Position numbers and translations under genes: made by a program
Shown: positions 31,791-40,567 of the stretch, in pieces
Position numbering within the stretch: the first letter of the stretch is position 1
How the letters are laid out: the number at the start of each line of letters is the position of its first letter
Notes under the pieces: model-generated
Seen by the model: the letters and a program-made list of their open reading frames with translations, nothing else
What the model was told of the DNA's origin: nothing
Database searches by the model: none
Assembly: GCA_963827275.1 (NCBI GenBank)
Contig: CAWHAA010000008.1
Coordinates: forward strand, 352,001 to 416,000
From: an uncultured Spirochaetota bacterium
GTDB taxonomy: Bacteria > Spirochaetota > UBA4802 > UBA5550
Direction: 5' to 3'
Length of the DNA: 64,000 nt

Positions 31791-32311
31791 TTTTTGGCCA
31801 GCTTGATAAGGGGCTCAAAATACCCTTCAGAGTTGTTGCCGTCGATCATGATTTTCAATGGGCGCAGGTAGAGGGTCTCCCTTCCGCCTTTTTTTGTCTT
31901 ATGCCCGCCGAAGAGAAAGTACGATGATTTCGCCTTTACGAATCCCTTACCGGTCCCCATAGATCGGTGCTCTTCCTTCATTTCGTATATGTTGATCTTC
32001 AGTTTGCTCCCTTCTTCTATCGTATATACGCCCTTGAACACCAGGGTTTCCATGTTGAGTGAGAGGACTACCACGGCGCGGTAATTTGAATAAAAGCTGA
32101 ATGTGTACCCGTAGTTCCCCGAATACTTGAGGGCCCAGGTCCCGACGACGCTCTTGAATGAAAGCGGGATGTTCGCGTCATTGTTTCCGGCCGCACGTTC
32201 CGCCGGTGCCGCTTCCGCCGGGCCCGGGCCCGGGAAGGGCAGGGCCGTGAAATGCGCCGGCGATGATGATAATAGAAGCAGCACGCTGAGTGTAACGATC
32301 ATTCTTTTCAT
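31787..32311 (-). CDS. Hypothetical exported protein
   Basis: Signal-peptide-like MKRMIVTLSVLLLLSS, beta-rich body, coupled to the hydrolase gene. Confidence 0.6.
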   Translation of the reverse strand: MKRMIVTLSVLLLLSSSPAHFTALPFPGPGPAEAAPAERAAGNNDANIPLSFKSVVGTWALKYSGNYGYTFSFYSNYRAVVVLSLNMETLVFKGVYTIEEGSKLKINIYEMKEEHRSMGTGKGFVKAKSSYFLFGGHKTKKGGRETLYLRPLKIMIDGNNSEGYFEPLIKLAKK

Positions 32312-32405
32312 GCACGGATTATGGCAAGCGTTGCTGCCCATTGTAAAGAAAAATTCCGGTGCTTTCATGAAAAACGGCAATTTATAAAAAAATGTCAACA
32401 TTCAC

Positions 32406-32434
32406 TTGACGCATTGCCGCATGCTTTATATATT
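32406..32434 (+). promoter_or_regulatory. Putative sigma70 promoter of ssrA
   Basis: TTGACG, 17 bp, TATATT, ending 10 bp before the tmRNA 5' end. Confidence 0.6.
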
Positions 32435-32443
32435 ATACGCGCA

Positions 32444-32796
32444 GGGGACGATTATGGTTTCGACTGCAATAGTGGTTTTACAGCTGCATGCCGAGTGTGC
32501 TGTCAACTCGTAAAAAATGGCAGATCTAACGTAAGTGCAAACGATAATTTTGCATTGGCAGCTTAATTAACTGTCACGCTTTCAGGCCGCTTGCTCCTCT
32601 GGGGCAACTGAAAGTGTCATAAACAGAGGATAGCCTGATTCCACGGATCCCGGGATAAGGGCGAAACAACAGGGAACTCGGATATTTCTAACGGCGCCGA
32701 CTCCCGGTGGAATATCTTAAAATAAATGAGACGGACAAGCATGTAGAGGCTGTACGGCTGGATTGTAGGACGCGGGTTCGACTCCCGCCGTCTCCA
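32444..32796 (+). ncRNA. ssrA: tmRNA, tag peptide ANDNFALAA* (32537-32566)
   Basis: 5' GGGGACG..GGTTTCGAC, resume codon GCA after TAAGT, tag ending LAA-TAA, 3' T-arm GCGGGTTCGACTCCCGC and acceptor CGTCTCCA with G:U pair. Confidence 0.96.
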
Positions 32797-32805
32797 AAGA
32801 TTTTC

Positions 32806-33435
32806 TCACTTTTCCTTCAGATACCCAAGCTTGAACATCCGCTCGAGGAGCCTGTTGCTGATCTGGTCAAGGAGGTCCTCGCGCAGGATGCCCTTGTCTA
32901 TTTCAAACGCTTCAAAAGTGTCGACCTGGCGGTCCATGTACACCACCTGGTATTTCCCGTCCACGATAACTATCATCGAGTTGAAATCGGAAAACTGGAG
33001 CTCGGACGAGAACCCCCCGTCCACTTCGTATATGAGGAAGCTGTCAAGGCCGTTTTCGGTCTTGATTTTTTCAAATTCGTCCCTGTTCGTTCTGAAATAC
33101 CCGTTTATGATCCCCATGGTCTGGTAGTACTGGAAGTCTTTTTCAATTGAAAACTGGAGAAAGCGGTCGGAATCGGCCTTCGCGGTGTTCAGGCCCTTGC
33201 TGGTTTCGACCAGTAATTTCAGGTTATTTACTTTTTTATACGGATCAAGCCACTGCTCCATGTTTTTATGGAAGAGCTTTAATGCGACGGGGGTGTTGTG
33301 GGTTACCCGTATGATGATCCCGGTATTTTTAAGTTTTTTCAGGGCTGAGCCGTTCTTTATCTCGTTTTTGACATGGAATTCACTGCATGAAGCGAGAAGG
33401 CAGGTAAAAAGCAGCACAGGCATAAGTTTCTTCAT
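32806..33435 (-). CDS. Hypothetical lipoprotein
   Basis: Lipobox MKKLMPVLLFTCLLAS-C; 209 aa. Confidence 0.7.
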   Translation of the reverse strand: MKKLMPVLLFTCLLASCSEFHVKNEIKNGSALKKLKNTGIIIRVTHNTPVALKLFHKNMEQWLDPYKKVNNLKLLVETSKGLNTAKADSDRFLQFSIEKDFQYYQTMGIINGYFRTNRDEFEKIKTENGLDSFLIYEVDGGFSSELQFSDFNSMIVIVDGKYQVVYMDRQVDTFEAFEIDKGILREDLLDQISNRLLERMFKLGYLKEK

Positions 33436-33506
33436 GGATCACCTCGAAAATCGGAATTTGCACGCGCTGGAGATATAAATAAGGGAAAGCTGATACGGAG
33501 TCAAGA

Positions 33507-34325
33507 TTAAATTGAGCTCAGGAAGGTCCTTCCGGCATCGGTAACGGTTATGCTCACGGGCGCGAGCTCGGGACCGGTTGAATAACGGATCATGCCGAAA
33601 TGCCTGAGCCAGGTAAAGAAATAAAAGTCGATAAATGATATCGCCATAAGATCATTCCGCACGCTGAAGCCGGTCATATCGAAAAAATCATTCGCTATGT
33701 CATTCATCCTGACCGCGCCATAATGTCGGAGGGCCAGATCTTTCAAAACATGCCTGCTTGTTTTCAGGTCCCGCGCTGATTCGGGGTCCGATGGGAAAAT
33801 ATCTTCCCAGCTGGCAAGGTCCCAGAACGAGCTGAAGAGACGGTGAAACATGGCGCGGCTGGATAGTGCGGCACCCGCGACTGACGCGGCGGCGCCCTTT
33901 TTCCTGAGAATTCCGCCCACCGTCAGGAGGTTGAGGCATTGCTTGATATAGATGATGAGGAGCCCGTCATCGCCGATTTCATCCGCAAGGCCGGATTCAT
34001 GGGCCTTCTGCATACAGCGGGTGTAGAAGCTTTTTTTGAACCGCCCCTGCGCGGTAAGAGGGCATTTCCCGGAAGAAACGGCATCCACCAGCAAAAAGGC
34101 AAGACGCACGGCGAAGCAGCCATCCACGGCGACGGATGGCGGGTTCTCCTGCGCATTGTTCAGGTACCCGTAGTAGCTGTTGATGGTTTTGAGTATCTGC
34201 GCTGCGGCCCGGTTATCAGCGGGGACGTCTTCGCCCCGGAGACATTTTTTGATGCCTGCCGGTTGAATAGACGAATATTCATCAAGGATCTGAAGTTTTG
34301 ATTTATTATCGCGGTTAATAGTCAT
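33507..34325 (-). CDS. Hypothetical protein
   Basis: 272-aa ORF downstream of an AT-rich promoter region; possible winged-helix-like C-terminus (LRHFGMI..VTDAG). Confidence 0.6.
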   Translation of the reverse strand: MTINRDNKSKLQILDEYSSIQPAGIKKCLRGEDVPADNRAAAQILKTINSYYGYLNNAQENPPSVAVDGCFAVRLAFLLVDAVSSGKCPLTAQGRFKKSFYTRCMQKAHESGLADEIGDDGLLIIYIKQCLNLLTVGGILRKKGAAASVAGAALSSRAMFHRLFSSFWDLASWEDIFPSDPESARDLKTSRHVLKDLALRHYGAVRMNDIANDFFDMTGFSVRNDLMAISFIDFYFFTWLRHFGMIRYSTGPELAPVSITVTDAGRTFLSSI

Positions 34326-34617
34326 CGTTATGGTTAATTAATGTTAGTATATATCAAAGAACCGGCGGAAAATTACTGTCATTAATTGTTTTAACTTCTA
34401 ATTTAGTACTAAATTATTTTTTCATCTATCAATCTGATTGATCTCTTCTGAATAAACCAGAATACAAAAGGAGAGAAAATTTTTCTTTAATATAATGAAC
34501 ATCTAAATTAAAATTAATTTAAAGTCAAGATAAATCCACTTTTTTATAAAAAATTTTATTTTTTCATCACGATGCGTTTTTTGATGACGGGACGCATTGA
34601 ATTAATCATCAGGCTGA

Positions 34618-35199
34618 TCATCCAATCGTCGCCGAAATTTCTTTATGAAATTCTTTCATCTCCTCGGCGGTCATGGGTATGCTGACCGTGCCGCCGCCAG
34701 GATGCGGGAAGGAGAGTGCGTATCCGCCGCCCTCGCGGCTCACGGCGTATTTTTTTTTGCCCGGCATCTGTACGCCGGGGGCGAGCCAGTCGTCCGCGTT
34801 GAACTCGGCGATCTGGATCAGTACGCCGAACGCGTCACGGGGGTGGATGAAGAGCTCTTTCCAGAAATCGCCGTATTCATGATAGCCGAAGCAGGGGACC
34901 CCGCTGCGTTCGAGGAGCGCCGCCGCTTTTTTTATATCCGGCGTCTGCATGGTGATATGGTGCACGCCGCCCTCCTTTTTCTCAAGGAACCCATCAAGGA
35001 AGCTGCCGGCGCCGGTCGCGGTCAGGAGCTCGAGCCTGCTCAGGTCTCCCAGTGACAGGTTCTGCCAGATATATTTCATCCGGTCGTCCCTGCTGCTTGA
35101 ACCGGGGATGGCGCCGAGGAGTTCGGTAAAAAAGCGGTATGCCCGGTCATAGTCCCGTACGGCAATAGCGATGTGGTCGATGCGCTGGATCATGTGCAT
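34618..35199 (-). CDS. VOC-family protein, methylmalonyl-CoA epimerase-like
   Basis: IDHIAIAV, LELL, GGVHHI, FIHPRDAFGVLIQ. Confidence 0.85.
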   Translation of the reverse strand: MHMIQRIDHIAIAVRDYDRAYRFFTELLGAIPGSSSRDDRMKYIWQNLSLGDLSRLELLTATGAGSFLDGFLEKKEGGVHHITMQTPDIKKAAALLERSGVPCFGYHEYGDFWKELFIHPRDAFGVLIQIAEFNADDWLAPGVQMPGKKKYAVSREGGGYALSFPHPGGGTVSIPMTAEEMKEFHKEISATIG

Positions 35200-35332
35200 G
35201 CTCCTTGTATAAATATCAGCATGGTATAGTCGAAAAATTCACGGATAGCAATAGTTTTTTAACATTTTCCCGATAAAAAATACTTGAATAATATATTATT
35301 TGTATCAATACGGATTGCTTGAGAGGTACGCT

Positions 35333-35530
35333 ATGAAGGCCCTGGCGGCATTAATGATAGGCATGATGGTGGTCTGTGCGGGGGCGGGTTGTAAAAAAAA
35401 GCCCGCGATGAACAGCGTCGATCTGGACCAGATCAATGCCGATGATTCGAACAATTACCGGTATATTTTCAGGGAAACAATACAGGAAGAGAAAGAGCGC
35501 GACAGGAAAAATGACAGGAAGCAGTTTTAG
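35333..35530 (+). CDS. Small putative lipoprotein
   Basis: GAGG RBS; MKALAALMIGMMVVCAGAG-C lipobox-like. Confidence 0.55.
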   Translation: MKALAALMIGMMVVCAGAGCKKKPAMNSVDLDQINADDSNNYRYIFRETIQEEKERDRKNDRKQF

Positions 35531-35615
35531 CCCCTGCCGTTTTTCGCCGACGGTGATACAGCGCCGCTCCAGGCAGGCAGTGAACATTTAATTGAAGTAC
35601 GAGGAGACATTCGTG

Positions 35616-36758
35616 ATGAAAAACAGGATAAAAATCATCCTTCCATTCGCGGTTTTGACCGTTTTTTTCGTCCTGCACCAGTTTTCATGCTTTAAATCAA
35701 GCGATTCCCCCCTCTTCGGCGACATCGGGCAGTCGCCGCTCCGCAAGGAGGCGGAATCGGCGCAGGCCGTGGAGATACAGAATACCTTCAGGAAGATATT
35801 TAACCTCTACAAGGACCGGGTCGTCTTCATCACCACGGAGCAGACGGTGCGCGTCCGGCAGAACCCGTTTTTCGATGATCCGTTCATGAGGGAATTTTTC
35901 GGCGGCGGGGCCGCCACGGCGCCGCGCACGGAGAAACGGCGGGGGCTTGGCTCCGGCTTTATCATTTCCGAGGACGGGTACGTGTGCACCAATCACCACG
36001 TGGTGGCCGGCGTCGACTCCGTCACGGTGGGCATCAACGAGAAGAACTACAAGGCAACGGTGGTCGGCTCGGACGAGCGGACTGACCTTGCCCTGCTGAA
36101 AATAAACACGCCGAACAAGCTGAAGCCGGCCTATCTCGGCGACTCCGACAAGGTGCAGGTGGGCGACTGGGCGGTTGCCATCGGCAATCCCTTCGGCCTT
36201 GACCGCACCTTCACCGTCGGGGTGGTCAGCGCCATCGGCCGCAGGGACATCGACATGATGGGCGGCTCGCACATCCAGACCGACGCGTCGATCAATCCCG
36301 GCAATAGCGGGGGGCCCCTCATCAATATTTACGGCGAGGTGATCGGCATCAACCGTATGATCTATTCCCAGAGCGGCGGCGACATGGGCATCGGTTTTGC
36401 CATCCCGATGAATACCGCGCGCTCCATACTCGAACAGCTCAAGACCAATAAGAAGATCAAGCGCGGCTTCATCGGCGTGAGCATCGCGCTCATCACCGAG
36501 GAATACGCCCGCGAGCTGGGGCTTGCAACCAACGAAGGCGCGTTCATCGGCGAGGTGATCCAGGGCGGCCCGGGCGAGCGGGGAGGGCTCAGGGTCGGCG
36601 ACATCATACTGAAGATTAACGATAAGGAGATCGCCACCTACAAGGACCTCCTCAAGATCGTGAGCGAAACGCCCGTCGGCCAGACCCTGAAGCTGACCGT
36701 GTGGCGCCAGCGCAAGCTGATCAATCTGTACGTCAAGGTGAGCGAGCGGCCCGAGTGA
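35616..36758 (+). CDS. HtrA/DegP-family serine protease with one PDZ domain
   Basis: GSGFII..TNHHVV, DLALLK, IQTDASINPGNSGGPL; PDZ GGLRVGDII. Confidence 0.95.
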   Translation: MKNRIKIILPFAVLTVFFVLHQFSCFKSSDSPLFGDIGQSPLRKEAESAQAVEIQNTFRKIFNLYKDRVVFITTEQTVRVRQNPFFDDPFMREFFGGGAATAPRTEKRRGLGSGFIISEDGYVCTNHHVVAGVDSVTVGINEKNYKATVVGSDERTDLALLKINTPNKLKPAYLGDSDKVQVGDWAVAIGNPFGLDRTFTVGVVSAIGRRDIDMMGGSHIQTDASINPGNSGGPLINIYGEVIGINRMIYSQSGGDMGIGFAIPMNTARSILEQLKTNKKIKRGFIGVSIALITEEYARELGLATNEGAFIGEVIQGGPGERGGLRVGDIILKINDKEIATYKDLLKIVSETPVGQTLKLTVWRQRKLINLYVKVSERPE

Positions 36759-36772
36759 GCGCCGTGCGGACG

Positions 36773-37147
36773 CTACAGGCCGCGCGCCTCGAGCTCGCCC
36801 TCTTCGAACCCGAAGTAATGGCCCAGCTCGTGGATGATGGTTATCCGAATCTCCTCCCGGAGCCCGGCCTCGGTGTCGCACAACTCCATGAGCGGCACCC
36901 GGAAGAGGGTGATCGTGTCCGCCACGGTCTCCATGTCGCCGACGCGACGGTCCGTGAGCGAGACCCCTTCGTAAAGGCCGAGCAGGTCATCGGCGCCGGT
37001 ACGGCCCCGTTCCGAGGGGGAGGGACGGTCAGCGGCGACGATCGTGACCTTTTCGGCCATGGCGCGAAGCTCCGGAGGAAGGGCCTTCAGTACTCTCCGG
37101 TTCTCCTCGCGGACCAGCCGCTCGAATTTGTCATGTGCGATGCGCAT
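36773..37147 (-). CDS. Minimal zincin metallopeptidase-family protein
   Basis: LLGLYEG, ITLFR, TIIHELGHYFG (HExxH). Confidence 0.88.
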   Translation of the reverse strand: MRIAHDKFERLVREENRRVLKALPPELRAMAEKVTIVAADRPSPSERGRTGADDLLGLYEGVSLTDRRVGDMETVADTITLFRVPLMELCDTEAGLREEIRITIIHELGHYFGFEEGELEARGL

Positions 37148-37191
37148 GGCCGGTACTATATCTTCTATTAATTTTTAGTCAAGTCGGTTTG

Positions 37192-37326
37192 GGGGGTTCG
37201 GGAGCAATCCCGCTCGGCCGCCTCGTATAATCCCGATTTTATTTTTACTATTAATGAATCGGGATTGACTCGGCGGCGGCAGCGACCTCCATGTCGCCTG
37301 CTCGCCGGGATCACTCCCGAACCCCC
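37192..37326. repeat. 135-bp nested inverted-repeat element (MITE/REP-like or structured RNA)
   Basis: 21-bp terminal IR (19/21 identical) enclosing a 10-bp IR and a small GCGAC-CTCCAT-GTCGC hairpin. Confidence 0.55.
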
Positions 37327-37362
37327 TTTTATTTAGGAACATAAGATACCAGGAGAAGGCAC

Positions 37363-38247
37363 ATGGCAATAAATAAAAAAGCTTCGAGTATCACTGCCCT
37401 GGTCGTGGAGGGGGGTGGGATGCGCGGCATCTTCTGCGCCGGCGTCCTGGACGTTTTTCTGGAGAACAGGTTCGATCCCTTCGACCTTTACCTCGGCGTG
37501 TCCGCGGGCGCCTGTAACCTTGCCTCGCACCTTGCCGGCCAGCACGGGAGAAACTACCGGATCTACACGAACATGATGACCAGGCCCGAATTCATCAGCA
37601 TGAAAAAATTCATCGCCGGGGGCCACTACATGGACCTCGATTACCTCTGGAACGCGATCGATATCGAGGACCCGCTCGATGTTCCCGCGATTGTTAAAAG
37701 AAAAAAGGGCGATTTCACCGTAGTGGGCACCGACGTGGCGACCGGCGCTGCCGTTTACCTGAAACCGCGGGCAGATAACTGCTCAGCGGCGCTCAAAGCC
37801 TCGAGTGCGGTCCCCCTCCTCTATCGCGGTTCTCTCGAAATAGACGCGACGCACCTGGTCGATGGCGGCGTGGCCGATCCGATACCTGCGCGGGCGGCAT
37901 ACCTCCGCGGCGCGCGGATACTGGTCGTGATGCGTACGCGGCCGCCCTGGTTCCGCAAGCAGAAGGGGCTCGAAAATTATCTTTCCTCCTTCGCGACCAG
38001 GAAGTGGCCGCGGCTTTCGGCAGCTATCAGGGAACAGGCCGCCACCTATGGCAGGTGCATGGACTTCATTGAAACCCCGCCTGCCGGTGTAACGGTGATC
38101 CAGATCGCGCCCGAAATGCCCCTCCGTAGCGGCAGGACTACCCAGGACCCGGAACTGCTTAATGAGGACTATGAACTCGGCAGGCGGCACGGGGAAGAAT
38201 TCATCAATCGGTGGTATAAAAAGAAGCAAATTCACAGGTGTTTTTAG
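37363..38247 (+). CDS. Patatin-like phospholipase
   Basis: EGGGMRG, GVSAG, ASSAVP, DGG. Confidence 0.92.
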   Translation: MAINKKASSITALVVEGGGMRGIFCAGVLDVFLENRFDPFDLYLGVSAGACNLASHLAGQHGRNYRIYTNMMTRPEFISMKKFIAGGHYMDLDYLWNAIDIEDPLDVPAIVKRKKGDFTVVGTDVATGAAVYLKPRADNCSAALKASSAVPLLYRGSLEIDATHLVDGGVADPIPARAAYLRGARILVVMRTRPPWFRKQKGLENYLSSFATRKWPRLSAAIREQAATYGRCMDFIETPPAGVTVIQIAPEMPLRSGRTTQDPELLNEDYELGRRHGEEFINRWYKKKQIHRCF

Positions 38248-38287
38248 ACAATAATAGTGTATATGCATAATATTTTGTTGACTGTGC

Positions 38288-38311
38288 TTGCCAGTTTACG
38301 TTAACTGGTAA
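38288..38311 (+). promoter_or_regulatory. Palindromic putative MerR/LiuR-type operator
   Basis: TTGCCAGTTTACGTTAACTGGTAA near-perfect dyad upstream of the acyl-CoA synthetase-MerR pair. Confidence 0.5.
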
Positions 38312-38343
38312 TAGGGGGCTATATTTTTCCCGGGAGGACCATC

Positions 38344-39984
38344 ATGACACAATTTGTGCCTATCACTATCGGCGGCCTTGTCCGCCAGACGGCAAAAAAC
38401 CATCCTGATACAATGGCGATGATATATCCGGAATCCGGGGTCAGAGCAACCTACGCGCAATTCCTTGACATGACCGTCGCGACCGCAAAGGGCTTCATGG
38501 CGCTCGGGGTCAAGCGGGGCGACCATGTGTCAGTATGGACCACCAACCTGCCGGAGTGGCTCTATCTCCAGTTCGGTCTCGGCATGATCGGGGCAGTGCT
38601 GGTGACCGTGAACACCAATTATAAATCGCACGAGATTGAATACATCCTCGGGCATTCCGATTCTACGACGCTGGTCCTGATGGAAGAGTACCGCGACACG
38701 AATTATTATGATACCGCCCGGTCCGTTATCCATGGCCTCGATTCGACGCTGCCGGGTGAAACGAAATCGGGAAATCTTCCCGGGCTGAAAAACATCGTGT
38801 ACATAGGAAAGCGTGACCGGATACCCGGCATGTTTTCATTCGACGACGTCCTCAGGCTCGGCGCGAATATATCAGACGATGAATTACTCGAGCGCGAGCG
38901 GTCGCTCGATGTCCACGATACGGTCAACATGCAGTATACGTCCGGGACGACCGGCTTCCCCAAGGGGGTCATGCTGACCCACTACAATATCGTAAACAAC
39001 GCCCGCATGGTGGGCGACGTGATGGGACTGGGGAGCGAGGACCGGCTCCTGATCCATGTCCCCTTCTTCCACTGCTTCGGCTGCGTGATGAGCACCCTCA
39101 ACGCCGTGTACCACGGGGCGACCATGGTGGTGCTGGAGTCGTTCGACCCGCTGAAGGCGCTTAAAGCGGTCCATGACGAGCGGTGCACGGCGATCAACGG
39201 CGTTCCCACGATGTTCATCGCGATGCTGGCGCATGCCGACTTCGGCCGGTATGACATGACGTCGCTGCGGACCGGGATCATGGCGGGGGCGCCCTGCCCG
39301 GTCGAGGCGATGAACAATGTTCGTGAAAAGATGCACTGCACGGAGATCGTCATCGCCTTCGGGCAGACCGAGAGCTCGCCGGTCATGACCATGACGCGCC
39401 GTGACGACCCGGTCGAGCTCAGGGTGGCCACGGTCGGCAGGCTCCTGCCGGACATCGAGGGAAAGATAGTGGACCCGGACAGCGGCGAAGATCTCCCGCC
39501 CCGCACCCAGGGCGAGATCGTCACCAGGAGCGCATGCGTGATGAAGGGCTACTACAAGATGGATGACGCCACGAAGGCCGCGATCGACGGCGACGGCTGG
39601 CTCCACACCGGAGACCTGGGGGACGTGGATGAGCACGGCTACTTCAGGGTGACCGGCCGCATGAAGGACATGATCATCCGCGGCGGCGAAAACATATACC
39701 CGCGCGAGATAGAGGAATTTCTCATTACCCATCCGAAGGTGCTTGACGTGCAGGTCGTGGGCGTGCCTGATAATAAGTACGGGGAGCAGGTGCTGGCGGC
39801 CATACGGCTGAGAGAAGGCGTGTCCGCCACCGCGGAGGAGTTGACCGCCTTTTGCGCGGGGAAGATCGCCCGCCACAAGGTGCCCCGCTACTGGGAATTC
39901 ATGAAGGAATTTCCGATGACCGCCAGCGGTAAAATCCAGAAGTACAAGCTCCGCGAGCAGTTCATGGAAAAGATCGGGGCGTAG
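38344..39984 (+). CDS. AMP-binding acyl-CoA synthetase
   Basis: YTSGTTGFPKG, FGQTE, WLHTGD, GRMKDMIIRGGENIYP, SGKIQK. Confidence 0.95.
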   Translation: MTQFVPITIGGLVRQTAKNHPDTMAMIYPESGVRATYAQFLDMTVATAKGFMALGVKRGDHVSVWTTNLPEWLYLQFGLGMIGAVLVTVNTNYKSHEIEYILGHSDSTTLVLMEEYRDTNYYDTARSVIHGLDSTLPGETKSGNLPGLKNIVYIGKRDRIPGMFSFDDVLRLGANISDDELLERERSLDVHDTVNMQYTSGTTGFPKGVMLTHYNIVNNARMVGDVMGLGSEDRLLIHVPFFHCFGCVMSTLNAVYHGATMVVLESFDPLKALKAVHDERCTAINGVPTMFIAMLAHADFGRYDMTSLRTGIMAGAPCPVEAMNNVREKMHCTEIVIAFGQTESSPVMTMTRRDDPVELRVATVGRLLPDIEGKIVDPDSGEDLPPRTQGEIVTRSACVMKGYYKMDDATKAAIDGDGWLHTGDLGDVDEHGYFRVTGRMKDMIIRGGENIYPREIEEFLITHPKVLDVQVVGVPDNKYGEQVLAAIRLREGVSATAEELTAFCAGKIARHKVPRYWEFMKEFPMTASGKIQKYKLREQFMEKIGA

Positions 39985-40014
39985 CACGGCGCGTCCGGAA
40001 CACGGGGGTGATAT

Positions 40015-40407
40015 ATGAACGGCGCGGACGGAGCAAAAATATACCAGATAGGCGAGGTCGCCAGGCTGGTCGACATCAGCCAGCGCACCGTGCGGTACTA
40101 CGAGGAGATCGGGCTCATGAACTCGGTGCGGCGCATGGAGGGGGGGAAGCGCATCTACACCGACGACGACGTGCGGCGCCTGAAGCTCATCAAGCGCCTG
40201 AAGGTGCTGGGCCTCACCCTGTCGGACATGCACGAGCTGGAGGCCAACTGGACGACATGCCGCTCGAACGACGTGGTGCTCAGGCGGCTCCTGGAGATCC
40301 TCGACTCCCACCTGTCGCGGATCGAGGACCGCATTACCGACCTGGAGATACTCAAAAACGAGATCGCGGAATACAAGGTGCGGATCAACGCGAAGCTCAC
40401 CGAATGA
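40015..40407 (+). CDS. MerR-family transcriptional regulator
   Basis: YQIGEVA..ISQRTVRYYEEIGL..GGKRIY..LGLTLSD. Confidence 0.92.
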   Translation: MNGADGAKIYQIGEVARLVDISQRTVRYYEEIGLMNSVRRMEGGKRIYTDDDVRRLKLIKRLKVLGLTLSDMHELEANWTTCRSNDVVLRRLLEILDSHLSRIEDRITDLEILKNEIAEYKVRINAKLTE

Positions 40408-40567
40408 AAAGAAGATCGTCCTCGCATCCGGATTGAAACGTGAAGGATCGCGTCTCCCGCTCCCGGCGGTCAAGCCGCCAGCCAGGGGAATGGGTGGACG
40501 ATTTTCCCCTCTAAAATTTTATTGACACTATGTACAATGTCGATAGAATACCTTCAGAGGGCGGTAT

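Noticed and set aside
32770..32810. Genomic island or prophage integrated at the tmRNA 3' end
   Set aside because: No integrase nearby and no duplicate of the ssrA 3' end noticed in the window
40411..40500. GAAGATCGTC start reminiscent of tRNA-Sec; GC-rich intergenic structure
   Set aside because: No TCA anticodon arm, no TTC T-loop and no matching acceptor stem
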